Positions 61,097-64,000 of a DNA stretch of 64,000 bases are shown here, one piece after another; position 1 is the first letter of the stretch; every line of letters starts with the position of its first letter. The DNA lies in NCBI RefSeq assembly GCF_009914755.1, contig NC_060940.1. One strand, given 5' to 3'. A model generated the notes under the pieces. The model did not search any database and had not been told where the DNA came from. It was given only the letters and a program-made list of their open reading frames with translations. The stretch is from the human T2T-CHM13v2.0 reference genome, Homo sapiens. Position numbers and translations under genes: made by a program.

Positions 61097-62544
61097 GTAA
61101 CAAAATGTGGGTTCGGCCAACAGTGCCCTGTAGGCCTGAAATTTCGGTCTGGCCAGAGCAAGGTGATTGAGAGGGCGGGGGTTCGGGCCTAGCCTGGGCT
61201 TGAGCTGTCCTTTGTGTCTTGAGCGGATGGTGGGGCCGTGGAACATGAAGGAGTATCTTTGTGTACGTTCACAACGTTCACATCGGTGTAGGCCAGGTTG
61301 CTGGACTCTGACTCAAAGTGTTATAGAGGCATTACGTATTGTACCCGCAGCTGCAGCCTAAGCGAGCTGCTTCAGCTTCCTAGTCACAGGATCCCACGCG
61401 AGAATAGAGCCATAGGTTAGCGTCGCAGGACGTTGTTCGCCCCCGGATACCTCACATGCAGCCTACCCTAGAGCCAGTCATTTCCTATTGTGTGCTGGGG
61501 GAGGAGGGAGTGCCCTGGTGTAGGCATTTGGAATTGGAAAATTGAGCTCCTCCCCAAGCTCTGCCACTGATTGGTTGGTAATCTTGGCCATTTTACAACT
61601 TTGCTTTCCTCAGCTGCAAACAGCTCAGAGTGCCTCTCTGGGCTAACTCAGAGGGTAATTTCAAAGATTATAAGATAATGTAAGTGAAAGAAATTGCCAG
61701 TTTATAAAGGTGTTTGGGGAAAAAAAAAGACGAAAATGATAGGTACCTTGATAGAAAAGCCTGAAAAGTCTCAACATATTTCCTTATTCCAGTGCCAGGC
61801 ACATTCCTGTATCTAAAAGCTTAATGAATGGCTGCATGGTTATTAAAACAATATTAGGAGATTTGACAACTTAGGTAATGTGATTTTGTGGAATATCTGA
61901 TAGGATAGTTTCAGCTACAAGTAACAGAAAACCCACCGAAAGGATGTTCAAAGAGCAGTTACAGGTTGGTTAATTCGGTGGCCCAGTGACAACATCAAGG
62001 TCCCAGTGCTTCTCTGCCACCCTAAGCATGTTGGTAACGTTGACAATAGAATCCAGGTAAAATATACAGACATGTATTGTGTCATGTACCCATCCTAAAC
62101 TAGTTATTACCAAGAATAAATAATTGTTTGGGGCCCATCATGCTTCAGCCCCTGTCACTAGGGGAAGGACCTAGCCTCCCTTGATAATCTACCTGCACAA
62201 AATTAGGGCTTTGTTACAAATGAAAAAAAGAGATGTGGAAAATAAGTTAGATAAGAAACTAGCAGTATCTGCCACAAATGATATCTCTTGACAGCTAACT
62301 AAGAGCTAGACCTTGTGGGGATGGATCACAAAAGAGGTAGCTGTGAAGTCCCAGTAAAGGTGCTTCCAGGACAGGTGGAAGAATGGTAAGAACAAACTTG
62401 CCTACAGGCTAGACCAGTCCAAAGCATATATGTTGAAGAAGAGCTAATAGCCTGTATATGAAGGTGTAAGTAAAGGAGATGTTCATGGTTGAGTCACTGT
62501 GGTGTTCACGTAGTCATCTTTCCCTTCTTGGTTTGTGCTTATCT

Positions 62545-64000
<1,456 letters not shown>

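Larger units (their letters stand above)
60380..61450. promoter_or_regulatory. CpG island, bidirectional promoter ZNF597 / plus-strand gene (known imprinted promoter DMR)
   Basis: CpG-dense; CCGGAAG ~60775, ATTGG ~60820, CCAAT ~60865, TTCCGCTTCCG ~60946-60957. Imprinting status is recalled knowledge and is not visible in sequence. Confidence 0.85.

Overview
Primate (human-type) genomic DNA, rich in Alu, L1 and LTR repeats, with two head-to-head gene pairs. The gene content matches the 16p13.3 zinc-finger cluster; this locus assignment is recalled knowledge, not a database search. (1) ZSCAN32/ZNF434 on the minus strand (SCAN, degenerate KRAB-A, Myb/SANT-like, C2H2 array running off the left edge) shares a CpG-island promoter at ~18.2-18.6 kb with ZNF174 on the plus strand (SCAN + 3 C2H2, 407 aa, plus a 234-aa finger-less isoform). 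(2) ZNF597 on the minus strand (degenerate KRAB-A + 7 C2H2, 424 aa) shares a CpG-island promoter at ~60.4-61.4 kb with a plus-strand gene, most likely NAA60, whose coding exons lie outside the window. All coding exons were traced by hand through GT/AG junctions. The most interesting non-coding signals are an orphan NRF1/ETS CpG promoter at ~49.0-49.45 kb, where the imprinting-associated ZNF597 3' DMR is expected, and a diverged ~140-bp duplication beside it with a 27/28-identical core. Rearrangement scars include an Alu+L1 composite inside one TSD, a 23-nt Alu patch copied onto an LTR8 end, an Alu split by captured older DNA, and a 29/30-bp-stem hairpin in a ZNF597 intron. No wholly new biological system can be demonstrated from sequence alone. 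Repeat subfamily calls are by eye and approximate.
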